The position numbers and the translations under genes are program-made. The notes below the pieces were generated by a model. The model made no database searches and was not told the origin of the DNA. It saw only the letters and a program-made list of their open reading frames with translations. Positions 8,658-17,704 of a DNA stretch of 64,000 nucleotides are shown here, piece by piece; within the stretch, counting starts at the first letter, position 1; each line of letters begins with the position of its first letter. Source of the DNA: an uncultured Dehalococcoidia bacterium (GTDB lineage: Bacteria; Chloroflexota; Dehalococcoidia; Lucifugimonadales; UBA3495); assembly GCA_964347975.1 (NCBI GenBank), contig CAYGAY010000008.1, forward strand, positions 35,283 through 99,282, given 5' to 3'.

Positions 8658-9926
8658 ATGGTTACCACGCTGACCGATGATCTCTTCTCCCCGGAAGTGG
8701 TCCAGGATCCCTATTCCTATTTCGCGCGGATGCGGGAAGAGGACCCAGTGCACTGGAACGCTCCCTACAAGCTATGGGTGATCTCCAAGTACAAGGACTT
8801 GGTATGGGTCACCCGGCGCCCGGAACTGTTCTCGTCCGAGGTGTTCTATCGGGACCCGCTGCCTCCGTACCCCGACATCGACGAGTCCGATATGGGACTC
8901 TACGAGTACGTGAAGCAGTTCTTCGCCCAGTGGTTCATCCAGCATGACCGCCGTGCGGTGAGCGCCTACGAATCGATACGCGAGCACGGCGGTCCCGACC
9001 ATACCGATATGCGGAAGGTCATTCACGGCTACTTCAACCCCAAGGCTATGGAATCGTGGCGTCCGCTGGTCCAGTCGGCTATCAACCAGCTCTTGGACGA
9101 GGCGGAAGAGCGCGGCCACATGGACGTGATGCGCGACTACGCTACCCCACTGCCCCTGCTGGTCATCGCCGCCATGATGGGCATCGAAACCTCCGACCGG
9201 CAGTTCATCCGCTCCCTGGCCGAAAAACTGCTCTTCCTGGGCCGGGGCAACACCGACCGGATGCAACCCTTGACCGAAGGCATCATGGGCTTGCAGGAAT
9301 ACCTGCGCCCCATGGTTTCGGAGCGCATCAGGAATCCCAACGGTGACCTGCTGGACCGCATGACCGACGCCTACCGGGTCGGCGTGATGGACGAGGAGCA
9401 GGTGGTCGCCAACGCCATCCTGCTGCTGCTGGCCGGCCACGAGACCACCATCAACCTCATCTGCAACGGCACCCGGGCCTTCATGACCCACCCGGACCAA
9501 TGGGAACTGATGAAGGCTGATCCCGAAGGGCGCATGATCCGCGCCACCGAGGAGTGCCTGCGCTACGACCCGCCGGTCAAGTCCATTCAGCGCATCTCCG
9601 GCGAGGAGCTTGAGTTCGGCGGCAAGCAGATCGAGAGGAACCAGCGAATGCGGTGGTTCATCACCGGCGCCAATCGAGACCCCGAGGTCTTTGACCGGCC
9701 GGACGACTTCGACATCGAGCGATACCCCAACCCCCACGTCGCCTTCGGCTCTGGCATCCACCACTGCCTGGGCGCCACACTGGCCCGGTTAGAGGGGCAG
9801 GAAGCCTTCAAGACCCTGGCCCAACGCTTCCCCAATCTCAACCTGGGTTGCGACCCGGACGACCTCACCTACACGTCCAGCATCGCCTTCCGAACGCTGG
9901 AGCAGTTGCCGGTGAACCTGCACTGA
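8658..9926 (+). CDS. Cytochrome P450, paralogue 2 (422 aa), sister of copy 1
   Basis: Same signatures as copy 1. SD GAAGGAAGG before the ATG. Near-identical to copy 1 along its whole length except a 6-aa indel before the I-helix. Confidence 0.93.
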   Translation: MVTTLTDDLFSPEVVQDPYSYFARMREEDPVHWNAPYKLWVISKYKDLVWVTRRPELFSSEVFYRDPLPPYPDIDESDMGLYEYVKQFFAQWFIQHDRRAVSAYESIREHGGPDHTDMRKVIHGYFNPKAMESWRPLVQSAINQLLDEAEERGHMDVMRDYATPLPLLVIAAMMGIETSDRQFIRSLAEKLLFLGRGNTDRMQPLTEGIMGLQEYLRPMVSERIRNPNGDLLDRMTDAYRVGVMDEEQVVANAILLLLAGHETTINLICNGTRAFMTHPDQWELMKADPEGRMIRATEECLRYDPPVKSIQRISGEELEFGGKQIERNQRMRWFITGANRDPEVFDRPDDFDIERYPNPHVAFGSGIHHCLGATLARLEGQEAFKTLAQRFPNLNLGCDPDDLTYTSSIAFRTLEQLPVNLH

Positions 9927-9955
9927 CCGAACATCGGACCATGCGCGCCGACTAT

Positions 9956-9988
9956 GCCCGGAGGAAGTCCCTCCGGGCATTCTTTTTG
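9956..9988 (+). terminator. Rho-independent terminator after P450-2
   Basis: GCCCGGAGG-AAGT-CCCTCCGGGC followed by ATTCTTTTTGC. Confidence 0.7.
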
Positions 9989-9989
9989 C

Positions 9990-10018
9990 TTGCGGTGAGC
10001 GGTTTGCTCGCCTATAAT
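9990..10018 (+). promoter_or_regulatory. Sigma70-like promoter of P450 copy 3
   Basis: TTGCGG (9990-9995), N17, TATAAT (10013-10018). Confidence 0.5.
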
Positions 10019-10088
10019 CGAGCCATCAAAGCCCGATACCGACGTATTTCGTCGTGAGCCGCACCCGTCTAAACGGAGGTTGCACCAA

Positions 10089-11351
10089 ATGGTCAGCACC
10101 ATCAACGACAACCCCTTCTCTCTGGAGGCGATGTACCAGCCCTACGAATTCTTCGCGCGGCTGCGCGAGTGGGAGCCGGTGCATTACAACGAACAGTATG
10201 AGGTCTGGATGGTGACCGACTGGGAGCACCTGGTCTGGGTCACCCGCCATCCGGAAGTTTTCTCGTCCAGCGTCTTCGCCCGGGATGTTCGTCCGCCGAA
10301 CCCGCCCATCGACGAAGACGACATGGAGATCTATAACTACATCAAGAATTGGCAGGTTTCCCGGTTCATCCAGCACGACCAAAGGCGTTATAACCCGGAA
10401 GTCACCGGCCCTGACCACGTTGATATGCGTCGGGTGATGCACGGGTACTTCACGCCCAAGTCCATGGAGATGTGGCGTCCCCTGGTGCAAGCCTCCATCA
10501 CCGAGTTGCTGGATGCCGTGGAGGAAAAGGGCCGCATGGACGTGATGGCCGACCTGGCCACGCCATTGCCCTTGCTGGTCATCGCCCGGATGTTGGGGAT
10601 CCCGGACAGCGACCGGCCCATCATGCGCCGGCTGGCCAAGGACCTGCGTCACCTGAATCGCACCGGTCCCGACCGCATGGGGCCGCTCTCAGAGTCGGTG
10701 CAAAACCTGCAAGACTACCTGGGCCCATTGGTGGCGGAACGCGTCGCCAATCCCAAAGATGACCTGATCTCCGTGGTAGCCGAAGGCGAGCGCAAGGGCA
10801 TCTTCAATCGCGACATGGTGGTCAACAACGTGATGTTGCTCCTGTCAGCTGGCCACGAGACTACCATCAACCTGATCTGCAACGGCACGTTAGCCTTCAC
10901 CCAGCATCCGGACCAGTGGGCCAGCCTGAAATCCGATCCCGAAGGCAAGACGGTGCGGGCCACCGAAGAGTGCCTCAGGTATGATTCCCCGGTGAAGTCC
11001 ATCCAGCGCATCGCTATGGAGGACATGGAACTCAACGGCCAGGATATCAAGAAGAATGACCGGGTGCGGTGGTTCATCTCCGGCGCCAACCGCGACCCCA
11101 AGGTCTTTGACCGGGCCGACGATTTTGACATCGAGCGGTACCCCAACATGCACGTGGCCTTCGGCAGCGGCGTGCATCACTGTCTTGGCGCAACGCTGGC
11201 CCGGCTGGAAGGGCAGGAAATCTTCCGCAACCTGGCCAACCGCTTCGACAGCCTGGAGCTTGAAGTGCCCGTTGAGCAGCTGGAGTACGACCAGCTGATT
11301 GGCCTGCGGGCGTTGGAAAGCCTGCCGGTTGCGGTGACCAGCGCACACTAA
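10089..11351 (+). CDS. Cytochrome P450, paralogue 3 (420 aa)
   Basis: LLLSAGHETT, TEECLRYD, FGSGVHHCLGATLARLEGQE. ATG 10089 follows GGAGG and aligns with the copy 4 start (MVSTINDNPFSLEA). Confidence 0.93.
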   Translation: MVSTINDNPFSLEAMYQPYEFFARLREWEPVHYNEQYEVWMVTDWEHLVWVTRHPEVFSSSVFARDVRPPNPPIDEDDMEIYNYIKNWQVSRFIQHDQRRYNPEVTGPDHVDMRRVMHGYFTPKSMEMWRPLVQASITELLDAVEEKGRMDVMADLATPLPLLVIARMLGIPDSDRPIMRRLAKDLRHLNRTGPDRMGPLSESVQNLQDYLGPLVAERVANPKDDLISVVAEGERKGIFNRDMVVNNVMLLLSAGHETTINLICNGTLAFTQHPDQWASLKSDPEGKTVRATEECLRYDSPVKSIQRIAMEDMELNGQDIKKNDRVRWFISGANRDPKVFDRADDFDIERYPNMHVAFGSGVHHCLGATLARLEGQEIFRNLANRFDSLELEVPVEQLEYDQLIGLRALESLPVAVTSAH

Positions 11352-11380
11352 TGCGTTCCGCGATTCGTCGCGATCTTTCG

Positions 11381-11403
11381 GGGGCGGGCTTGAAACCCGC
11401 CCC
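11381..11403. repeat. REP-type hairpin GGGGCGGGCTTGAAACCCGCCCC (probable transcript end of P450-3)
   Basis: Perfect GC stem. The same element recurs at 42037-42065. No T-run follows. Confidence 0.6.
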
Positions 11404-11405
11404 TA

Positions 11406-11434
11406 CTGCATATCTCGGGGAAATCGGTTATAAT
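11406..11434 (+). promoter_or_regulatory. Candidate promoter of P450 copy 4
   Basis: Perfect TATAAT (11429-11434). Only a weak -35 CTGCAT at N17. Confidence 0.35.
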
Positions 11435-11504
11435 CGGCGCATCTGAGGTAGCCGGATCGCTGCCGGCCCCACGGTCCAACACGTTCCGCCGGAGGTTTCA
11501 ACCA

Positions 11505-12779
11505 ATGGTCAGCACTTTCAACGATAACCCCTTTTCGCTGGAAGCGATTTACAAGCCCTACGATTTCTACAATCGTCTGCGCGATTTCCAGCCGGTGTAC
11601 TACAACGAGGAATTCGAGGTCTGGATGGTAACCTCGTGGGAGCACATTGTCTGGGTGACGCGGCACCCGGAGGCGTTTTCCTCCAGCGTGTACGCCCGCG
11701 ACGTGCGGCCGCCAAACCCGCCTATTGATGAAGACGACATGGAACTGTACAACTTCATCAAGAAGTGGCAGGTTTCCCGGTTCATCCAGCACGACCAGCG
11801 ACGACACCATCCGGACCTGTCCGGCCCCGACCATGTGGATATGCGCCGGGTGATGCACGGCTACTTTACTCCCAAGTCCATCGAGATGTGGCGGCCCCTG
11901 GTGCAGTCGGCCATTGACGAACTGCTGGACGTCGTGGCAGAGAAGGGGCGGATGGACGTGATGGCCGACTTAGCTACGCCCCTGCCCTTGCTGGTGATTG
12001 CCCGTATGCTCGGCATTCCCGACAGCGAGCGGCCCCGGCTGCGCGAACTGGCGAAGGACCTGCGCTTCCTCAACCGCGAGGGTCCCGACCGCATGAAGCC
12101 GCTGAGCCAGGCGGTACAGAACTTGCAGGACTTCATCGCGCCCATGGTCGAGGATCGGGTGAACAACCCCGCGAAGTTCGACTCCCTGGACCTGATGATG
12201 GTGGTGTCCGAGGGCGAGCGCCAGGGCATATTCACGCGGGACCAAACCATCAACAACGTGATGCTGCTGCTGTCGGCCGGACACGAGACCACGATCAACC
12301 TCATTTGCAACGGTACGCTGGCCTTCACCCAGCACCCGGACCAGTGGGCCATCCTCAAGTCGGACCCCGAAGGGAAGACGGTGCGCGCCACTGAAGAGTG
12401 CCTGCGCTACGACTCCCCGGTTCGGTCCATCCAGCGGATCGCCACGGACGACATCGAACTGAACGATCAGATGATCAAGAAGAACGACCGGGTGCGGTGG
12501 TTCATCCCCGGCGCTAACCGGGACCCCAAGGTCTTTGACCGCGCGGATGACTTTGACATCGAGCGGTATCCCAATCCCCACGTCGCCTTCGGCAGTGGGG
12601 TCCACCACTGCTTGGGCGCCACGTTGGCCCGCCTGGAGGGACAGGAGATCTTCCGCAACCTGGCCAACCGGTTCGATAACATCGAACTGGAGATCCCGGT
12701 GGAACAGGTCGAGTACGACCGTGTCCTCACCTTCCGCGCCGTGGAAAGCCTGCCGGTTACGGTGACCAGCGCACGCTAG
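11505..12779 (+). CDS. Cytochrome P450, paralogue 4 (424 aa), sister of copy 3
   Basis: Same signatures. SD GGAGG. Near-identical to copy 3 except a 4-aa indel (NPAKFDSLDLMMVV vs NPKDDLISVV). Confidence 0.93.
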   Translation: MVSTFNDNPFSLEAIYKPYDFYNRLRDFQPVYYNEEFEVWMVTSWEHIVWVTRHPEAFSSSVYARDVRPPNPPIDEDDMELYNFIKKWQVSRFIQHDQRRHHPDLSGPDHVDMRRVMHGYFTPKSIEMWRPLVQSAIDELLDVVAEKGRMDVMADLATPLPLLVIARMLGIPDSERPRLRELAKDLRFLNREGPDRMKPLSQAVQNLQDFIAPMVEDRVNNPAKFDSLDLMMVVSEGERQGIFTRDQTINNVMLLLSAGHETTINLICNGTLAFTQHPDQWAILKSDPEGKTVRATEECLRYDSPVRSIQRIATDDIELNDQMIKKNDRVRWFIPGANRDPKVFDRADDFDIERYPNPHVAFGSGVHHCLGATLARLEGQEIFRNLANRFDNIELEIPVEQVEYDRVLTFRAVESLPVTVTSAR

Positions 12780-12810
12780 TCTCCGTAGTCCGCAAACGCG
12801 CCCAAGACGG

Positions 12811-12850
12811 AGCCGGCGGTCGCGAGAGTGGCTGCCGGGCTTCGTCTTTT
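12811..12850 (+). terminator. Imperfect hairpin plus T-run after P450-4
   Basis: AGCCGGCGG...CTGCCGGGCT followed by TCGTCTTTTC. Confidence 0.45.
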
Positions 12851-12864
12851 CAGTTGGTGACGGT

Positions 12865-12893
12865 TTGAATTGTTGCACTGCTTATGATAATTT
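12865..12893 (+). promoter_or_regulatory. Sigma70-like promoter of P450 copy 5
   Basis: TTGAAT (12865-12870), N17, TAATTT (12888-12893), with TG two nt upstream. Confidence 0.45.
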
Positions 12894-12930
12894 TGACGGC
12901 GAATTGGCCCGCCGCCGGAGGGGTTCAGAT

Positions 12931-14160
12931 ATGCCTGCCAACATCCACGATGACTTGTTCGCGCCGGAGGCCATTCAGGATCCTTACGCCTATTTCGGCG
13001 CGCTCCGTTCTGAAGCGCCTGTCCATTGGAACGCGCAGTACCGGATGTGGGTTGTGACCAGCTACGAGCGGTTGGTCTGGACGGCGCGCCATCCCGAGTA
13101 CTTCTCTTCGGAAGTTGCGCTGCGTGATACCCGGCCGCCGGCCCCGTCCATACCGGAAGAGGATATGGAGCTATTCGGCGCGGTGCGCAACTGGATGGCC
13201 GCCCGCTTCACCCAGAACGACGGAGCGAAACACATAGAGAAGCGCAAGGTAGTCCACGGGTACTTCACGCCCAAAGCTATGGAAACCTGGCGTCCCCTGG
13301 TGCGGCAGACGGTGAACGATCTGTTGGATGACCTGCAAGGGGCGGGGCGCATGGACGTAATGCACGACTTCGCCACGCCGCTAACCTACAGCATCATCGC
13401 CGGCCTGATGGACATACCGCCCAGCGACCGGGCCTTCGTCAAGGAACTATGCGGGAGGATGTGCGGGTTTGACGGCAACCAGCCTGACCGCATACGTATG
13501 TTCGCCGAAGGCGTACAAGCCGTGACCGACTACCTGGCGCCCATCGTGGCCGAGCGGGTGCGGGATCCCGGAGATGACCTGCTGTCCGTCATCTGCAAAG
13601 GCGAAATAATGGGCGCCTACACCCGAGATGAAGTCTTGGCCAACGCCCTGCTTCTTTTGACAGCCGGTCACGAGACCACCAACGACCTGATCGCCAACGG
13701 TGTGCTGGCATTTGCACAACATTCCGACCAGTTCAACCTGCTTCGGACCGATCCAGACGCCCACATCGTCAACGCCGTGGAAGAGGTCCTGCGCTACGAC
13801 TCGCCGCTGAAGTCTGTGCAGCGCATCGCGACCCAGGACGTTGACATGGGCGACGGGCAACAGGTCGGCAAGGACGACCGGGTGCGTTGGGTTATCTCAT
13901 CGGCCAACCGGGACCCGGAGATCTTCGAGAATCCCGACGACCTGGACATCACCCGCAACCCCAACCCCCACGTTTCCTTTGGCAGCGGCGTCCACCACTG
14001 CCTCGGAGCAACGCTGGCCAGGTTGGAGGGGCAGGAAGCCTTCGCCGAGTTGGCTCGCCGGTTTGAAGGATTCCAGCTGGAAACTGCTCCCGAGGAACTG
14101 GAATACCTGCCCAGCGTAGGCCAACGCACTCTGCTCAACCTGCCGGTCGCAACCCGCTAG
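12931..14160 (+). CDS. Cytochrome P450, paralogue 5 (409 aa), most divergent copy
   Basis: LLLTAGHETT, VEEVLRYD, FGSGVHHCLGATLARLEGQE. ATG 12931 follows GGAGGGG and aligns with the other copies (MPANIHDDLFAPEAIQDPYAYF). Confidence 0.92.
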   Translation: MPANIHDDLFAPEAIQDPYAYFGALRSEAPVHWNAQYRMWVVTSYERLVWTARHPEYFSSEVALRDTRPPAPSIPEEDMELFGAVRNWMAARFTQNDGAKHIEKRKVVHGYFTPKAMETWRPLVRQTVNDLLDDLQGAGRMDVMHDFATPLTYSIIAGLMDIPPSDRAFVKELCGRMCGFDGNQPDRIRMFAEGVQAVTDYLAPIVAERVRDPGDDLLSVICKGEIMGAYTRDEVLANALLLLTAGHETTNDLIANGVLAFAQHSDQFNLLRTDPDAHIVNAVEEVLRYDSPLKSVQRIATQDVDMGDGQQVGKDDRVRWVISSANRDPEIFENPDDLDITRNPNPHVSFGSGVHHCLGATLARLEGQEAFAELARRFEGFQLETAPEELEYLPSVGQRTLLNLPVATR

Positions 14161-14228
14161 CCGCCGGCGCCGCTTTCATTACTCGCAACACGCTAAATTC
14201 GTCTGACCACCACGAGGAGGTTACCCCA

Positions 14229-14453
14229 ATGGCCCGACAGTTGAAGATTACCGTGGACTACAACGTTTGCGTGGGCAACGCCATGTGCGAAACCTTCGCG
14301 GTCAACACGTTCGGCCTCAACGAAGACCGTCAGTCCTACGTGAAGGACCCGGCCGGCGATCCTGAGGAAACTATCCTGGAAGCCGCCGAAAATTGCCCGG
14401 TGACCGCCATCACGGTGGAGGACGCTGAGACCGGGGAGATCCTCTTCCCGTAG
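14229..14453 (+). CDS. Small single-cluster ferredoxin, 3Fe-4S type (74 aa)
   Basis: CVGNAMC...CP, i.e. C-x2-N-x2-C(n)CP with Asn where 4Fe-4S proteins carry the extra Cys. SD GGAGG. No terminator between P450-5 and this gene. Confidence 0.85.
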   Translation: MARQLKITVDYNVCVGNAMCETFAVNTFGLNEDRQSYVKDPAGDPEETILEAAENCPVTAITVEDAETGEILFP

Positions 14454-14477
14454 CCTCAATCGAAGTTGGCTTGTCTA

Positions 14478-14509
14478 GGGGCGAATGATTATTCGCCCTT
14501 ACATTTTGG
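14478..14509. terminator. Bidirectional terminator between ferredoxin and LLM gene
   Basis: GGGCGAAT-GATT-ATTCGCCC, with T-runs on the plus side (TTACATTTT). Sits at the convergent gene ends. Confidence 0.6.
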
Positions 14510-15500
14510 CAATCACGTCCTCGCCAAAACGCTGGATTATGTCGCCCGGGTCATGGCTGATGGCGGTGATTTGCAGCACATCAACTCCGGCGCCGCCGAT
14601 CTGCGCTACCTTGGCGCGACATTCCTCGGGCGTGCCGACCACGGCGAAGCGGTCAGCCAGGTAATCGGTGACGCCGAACTCGTCGGTTATGGCGGCGTTG
14701 CGAGTGTCGCCGACCTGTTCATGTTCGGCGGGCACATATTCGCCCTGAATGGCCATCATGGCTTCCTGCATCTCTTCGGGCACGTGCTTGCCTTCCAGAG
14801 TGAAACGGAAGGCGTGGTGCGCGCTGGCGGCCAGGGCCATCTTGATTTCAGCAATGGCCGCGTCGTGGTCGGCGGCGATGTTGCATTTGGCGAAAGCCCA
14901 GATCTCCGTTGATCCCAGGGGTTTGCCGACGTTCCATTCGCCGGCCCGAACGTGGGCCACCGTGTCCTCGAGAATCTCCGGTGTCAGCCCGGTATGAATC
15001 ATGGCGCGGTCGGCGATCTCACCGGCGATGCGCAGGGTGCGCGGCCCTTCGGCGGACAGCATAATGGGCGCCGGGCCGGCGCTCCATCGCACGTGGCCCT
15101 CTCGCCCAAAGTATTCGGCGGTTTCGCCGGACATGAAGGAACGCACCGCGCCGACGTACTCACGCAACGCGGCGAGCCGAGCCGGTCGCAAGCCCACGTT
15201 CAGGATGGCGGAGTCTCCGGTGCCGATGCCGAGGAACGCCCGGCCACCGGAAAGCTCCTGTAGCGACGCGATGGCGGAGGCAGTAACCGCCGGGTGTCGG
15301 GTCAAAGGGTTGGTGACCGATGGCCCCAGGTGGACCCGTTCGGTTTCCATCGCGGCCACCGTCAGGGAGACGAACAACTCGCGGAAAAGCGATTGGGAAT
15401 CGGCGACGCCGATGTAATCAAAACCGACTGATTCCGCCAGACGCGCGTGGCGGCGGAAAGATTCGTAGGACGATGGCAGAAGAGTTACGCCGTATTTCAT
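14499..15500 (-). CDS. LLM-class (luciferase-like) flavin/F420-dependent oxidoreductase
   Basis: 333 aa: MKYGVTLLPS...FDYIGVADSQ...LGIGTGDS..., typical luciferase-like monooxygenase layout. Confidence 0.8.
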   Translation of the reverse strand: MKYGVTLLPSSYESFRRHARLAESVGFDYIGVADSQSLFRELFVSLTVAAMETERVHLGPSVTNPLTRHPAVTASAIASLQELSGGRAFLGIGTGDSAILNVGLRPARLAALREYVGAVRSFMSGETAEYFGREGHVRWSAGPAPIMLSAEGPRTLRIAGEIADRAMIHTGLTPEILEDTVAHVRAGEWNVGKPLGSTEIWAFAKCNIAADHDAAIAEIKMALAASAHHAFRFTLEGKHVPEEMQEAMMAIQGEYVPAEHEQVGDTRNAAITDEFGVTDYLADRFAVVGTPEECRAKVAQIGGAGVDVLQITAISHDPGDIIQRFGEDVIAKM

Positions 15501-15517
15501 GGTATGGCATCCCCGGG

Positions 15518-16207
15518 CTACTGGGAGTCCTGCAAACGCTGGAGCTGGGCTTCTAATTCTCTGACGCGGGCTTCAGCGGCAATTCGTCGGTCGGCTTCCT
15601 GGTAGTGGGTGGGCAGGTATCCGGTTGCCGGGTCGTACCAGCGGAGGTGCCCGTATTCCCAGCAGACATACAGGCCCAGGGCGTTGCTGTAACCCCAATG
15701 CCGAGCGTGGCCGACCTCAATCACGGGGATCGCCTCGTACCGTCCACTAACCAGCCGGTCGCCGGCCAAGTTGACGCTGTAAAACCGGCCGTCAGTGTCG
15801 TCAAAACGCCAGTATTCGGTCACTCCGTAGCCGGCGTAGCCGTCGCGTTTGTCGGTTTCGTCCCGGCGGGCGGTGCTCCGCGAGGCAATCTCCATCACAA
15901 AGTCCGGCGGTTTGCCATGATAGTCGATGGAGTAACCGTTCTCGGCGATGATGGTAGCGACTTCAACATTGAAAGCAACCAGCAAGTCGGGAGACAGCAA
16001 GCCCAATCGTTGGCTGACGTCCCAGCCGATGGGAAACTCGCTGAGCACGGCAGTAGTGTCGGGCGCGCCGAGATGGAGGCTGATGGCCGGGATGAAGCCG
16101 GGCTCGTTGAGATGGATGAGGTTCTGCATATCCGCTTTGGGAGTGTCCGGGAACCGGCCGGCCGGCGTCGCGTCGGCCGGCGGTGAAACAACGGGTTTGG
16201 TGGTCAT
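15518..16207 (-). CDS. Uma2-family (DUF820) putative endonuclease
   Basis: PDFVMEIASRSTARRDETDKRDGYAGYGVTEYWRFD core motif. Confidence 0.8.
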   Translation of the reverse strand: MTTKPVVSPPADATPAGRFPDTPKADMQNLIHLNEPGFIPAISLHLGAPDTTAVLSEFPIGWDVSQRLGLLSPDLLVAFNVEVATIIAENGYSIDYHGKPPDFVMEIASRSTARRDETDKRDGYAGYGVTEYWRFDDTDGRFYSVNLAGDRLVSGRYEAIPVIEVGHARHWGYSNALGLYVCWEYGHLRWYDPATGYLPTHYQEADRRIAAEARVRELEAQLQRLQDSQ

Positions 16208-16261
16208 GGTGGGCCTCGCCGGATAACCGGATAAAACGAGCGTCAGCGTTGGCGGACGGTT

Positions 16262-16450
16262 TCACCCGCCGCCCGTCCAAGTCTGCGTCCGCGCCATGTC
16301 AATGGTCGTTTGGACGGTGAGGTTGTGCCCGGCCTGGTTTTGGGAGCGGGCCAGCTCCCGCCGGCGGCGCGCCTGTTCCGTATCTATATGCGGCGTATCG
16401 GCGCCTATGCGTGCCCGTACCCGCCGGATGATGTCAACCAGACACCCCAT
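16262..16450 (-). CDS. Small hypothetical protein (62 aa)
   Basis: Fills the gap between aroC and the Uma2 gene on the same strand. GC-rich third positions. No recognisable motif. Confidence 0.3.
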   Translation of the reverse strand: MGCLVDIIRRVRARIGADTPHIDTEQARRRRELARSQNQAGHNLTVQTTIDMARTQTWTGGG

Positions 16451-16456
16451 TATTTA

Positions 16457-17644
16457 TCAGCTGTACCGCAGGCGCGGCCCTACCGTGGCCTGATACCCCT
16501 CAAAGTTGCGTTTGGTTTCGGGGATGCTGTCACCGCCGAATTTCTCCATGAAGGCGTCGGCGAGGACGAGAGCGACCATGGCTTCGCCGATGACGCCGGC
16601 GGGCGGGGCCTGGCACACGTCGCTGCGCTCGAAGTGAGCCTGTACCGGCTCGCCCGTGTCCAGGTCAACGGAAGGGAGCGGGTTATGGAGGGTGGCGATG
16701 GGCTTGATGACGAAGCGGGCCACCAGGGGCGGGCCGCTGGTCATGCCCCCCTCGGTGCCGCCGGCCCGGTTGGTCTGGCGCTGCCAGGGACGGTCGGGGT
16801 CGGTGACGGGTTCAATGACGTCCTGGAACTCGGAACCCCAGCGGTCCAGCAACTCCCAGCCGGGGCCGATGCTGACGGCTTTCACGGCGTTGATGCTCAT
16901 GAGCGCCTGGGCCACCTTGGCGTCGATCTTACGGTCCCAATGAACGTGGGAACCCAAACCGATGGGGACGTTTTCTGCAATCACCTCGACGCTGCCGCCC
17001 ACCGTGTCCCCGGCTTCCCTGGCGGCGTCCACCTCGGCCATCATCAACTCGGCGGCGTCAGGGTCGGCGCAATGGACTGGCGATTCCTCCACCGCGTCCC
17101 AGTCGATGGCATCGTGCTCGGGCGGGTTCGCCGGCACGCGGCCAATGGATATGACGTGGCTGTGCAGGACGATACCGAACTCTTCCAGCAGCCGCATGGC
17201 CACAGCGCCGGCAGCGACCCGCCCGGCCGTTTCTCGCGCCGATGCCCGTTCCAGGGAGTTGCGGACGTCGTGAAAGCCGTATTTCATCGCGCCGGGCAGG
17301 TCGGCATGGCCGGGGCGGATGCGGGTGACGCGGCGGTTGCGCCCTTCCTGGGACGGGTTTTCCACGTACTCCACGGCCATGGCGTCCTGCCAGTTGACCC
17401 AATCACGGTTTTCGATGAGCATACCGATGGGGCTGCCCAGGGTATAGCCGTGGCGCACGCCGGTCTGGATATGGGCGTGGTCGCGCTCAATCTGCTGGCG
17501 ACCGCCCCGCCCGTAGCCCCGCTGGCGACGGCCCAGGTGGTGGGCGATGTATTCCTCGTCCAGGGGCAGGTAAGCGGGCACGCCCTCCATAATTATCATC
17601 AGACCTTGCCCGTGGGACTCGCCCGCCGTGAACCACCGTATCAT
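16457..17644 (-). CDS. aroC: Chorismate synthase
   Basis: MIRWFTAGESHGQGLMIIMEGVP...RRQRGYGRGGRQ. ATG 17644 is preceded by AGGAGG. The track start at 17695 is an over-extension. Confidence 0.92.
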   Translation of the reverse strand: MIRWFTAGESHGQGLMIIMEGVPAYLPLDEEYIAHHLGRRQRGYGRGGRQQIERDHAHIQTGVRHGYTLGSPIGMLIENRDWVNWQDAMAVEYVENPSQEGRNRRVTRIRPGHADLPGAMKYGFHDVRNSLERASARETAGRVAAGAVAMRLLEEFGIVLHSHVISIGRVPANPPEHDAIDWDAVEESPVHCADPDAAELMMAEVDAAREAGDTVGGSVEVIAENVPIGLGSHVHWDRKIDAKVAQALMSINAVKAVSIGPGWELLDRWGSEFQDVIEPVTDPDRPWQRQTNRAGGTEGGMTSGPPLVARFVIKPIATLHNPLPSVDLDTGEPVQAHFERSDVCQAPPAGVIGEAMVALVLADAFMEKFGGDSIPETKRNFEGYQATVGPRLRYS

Positions 17645-17704
17645 CGTGGCTGTGCCTCCTGTGTTGCGCCATCGTCTTGCGGAGGGCAACCACAAGGATT
17701 GCCC

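Noticed and set aside
7102-12878. Series of long minus-strand ORFs (7102..8037, 8772..9764, 10026..10652, 11970..12878 and others)
   Set aside because: All are antisense to the P450 paralogues, which have complete signatures plus SD sites and terminators on the plus strand.
7044-15500. P450 array as a secondary-metabolite biosynthetic gene cluster
   Set aside because: No core biosynthetic enzyme (PKS, NRPS, terpene cyclase, RiPP precursor or maturase) and no transporter or regulator lies within or beside the array. A catabolic or oxidative role is the more economical reading, though this is unproven.
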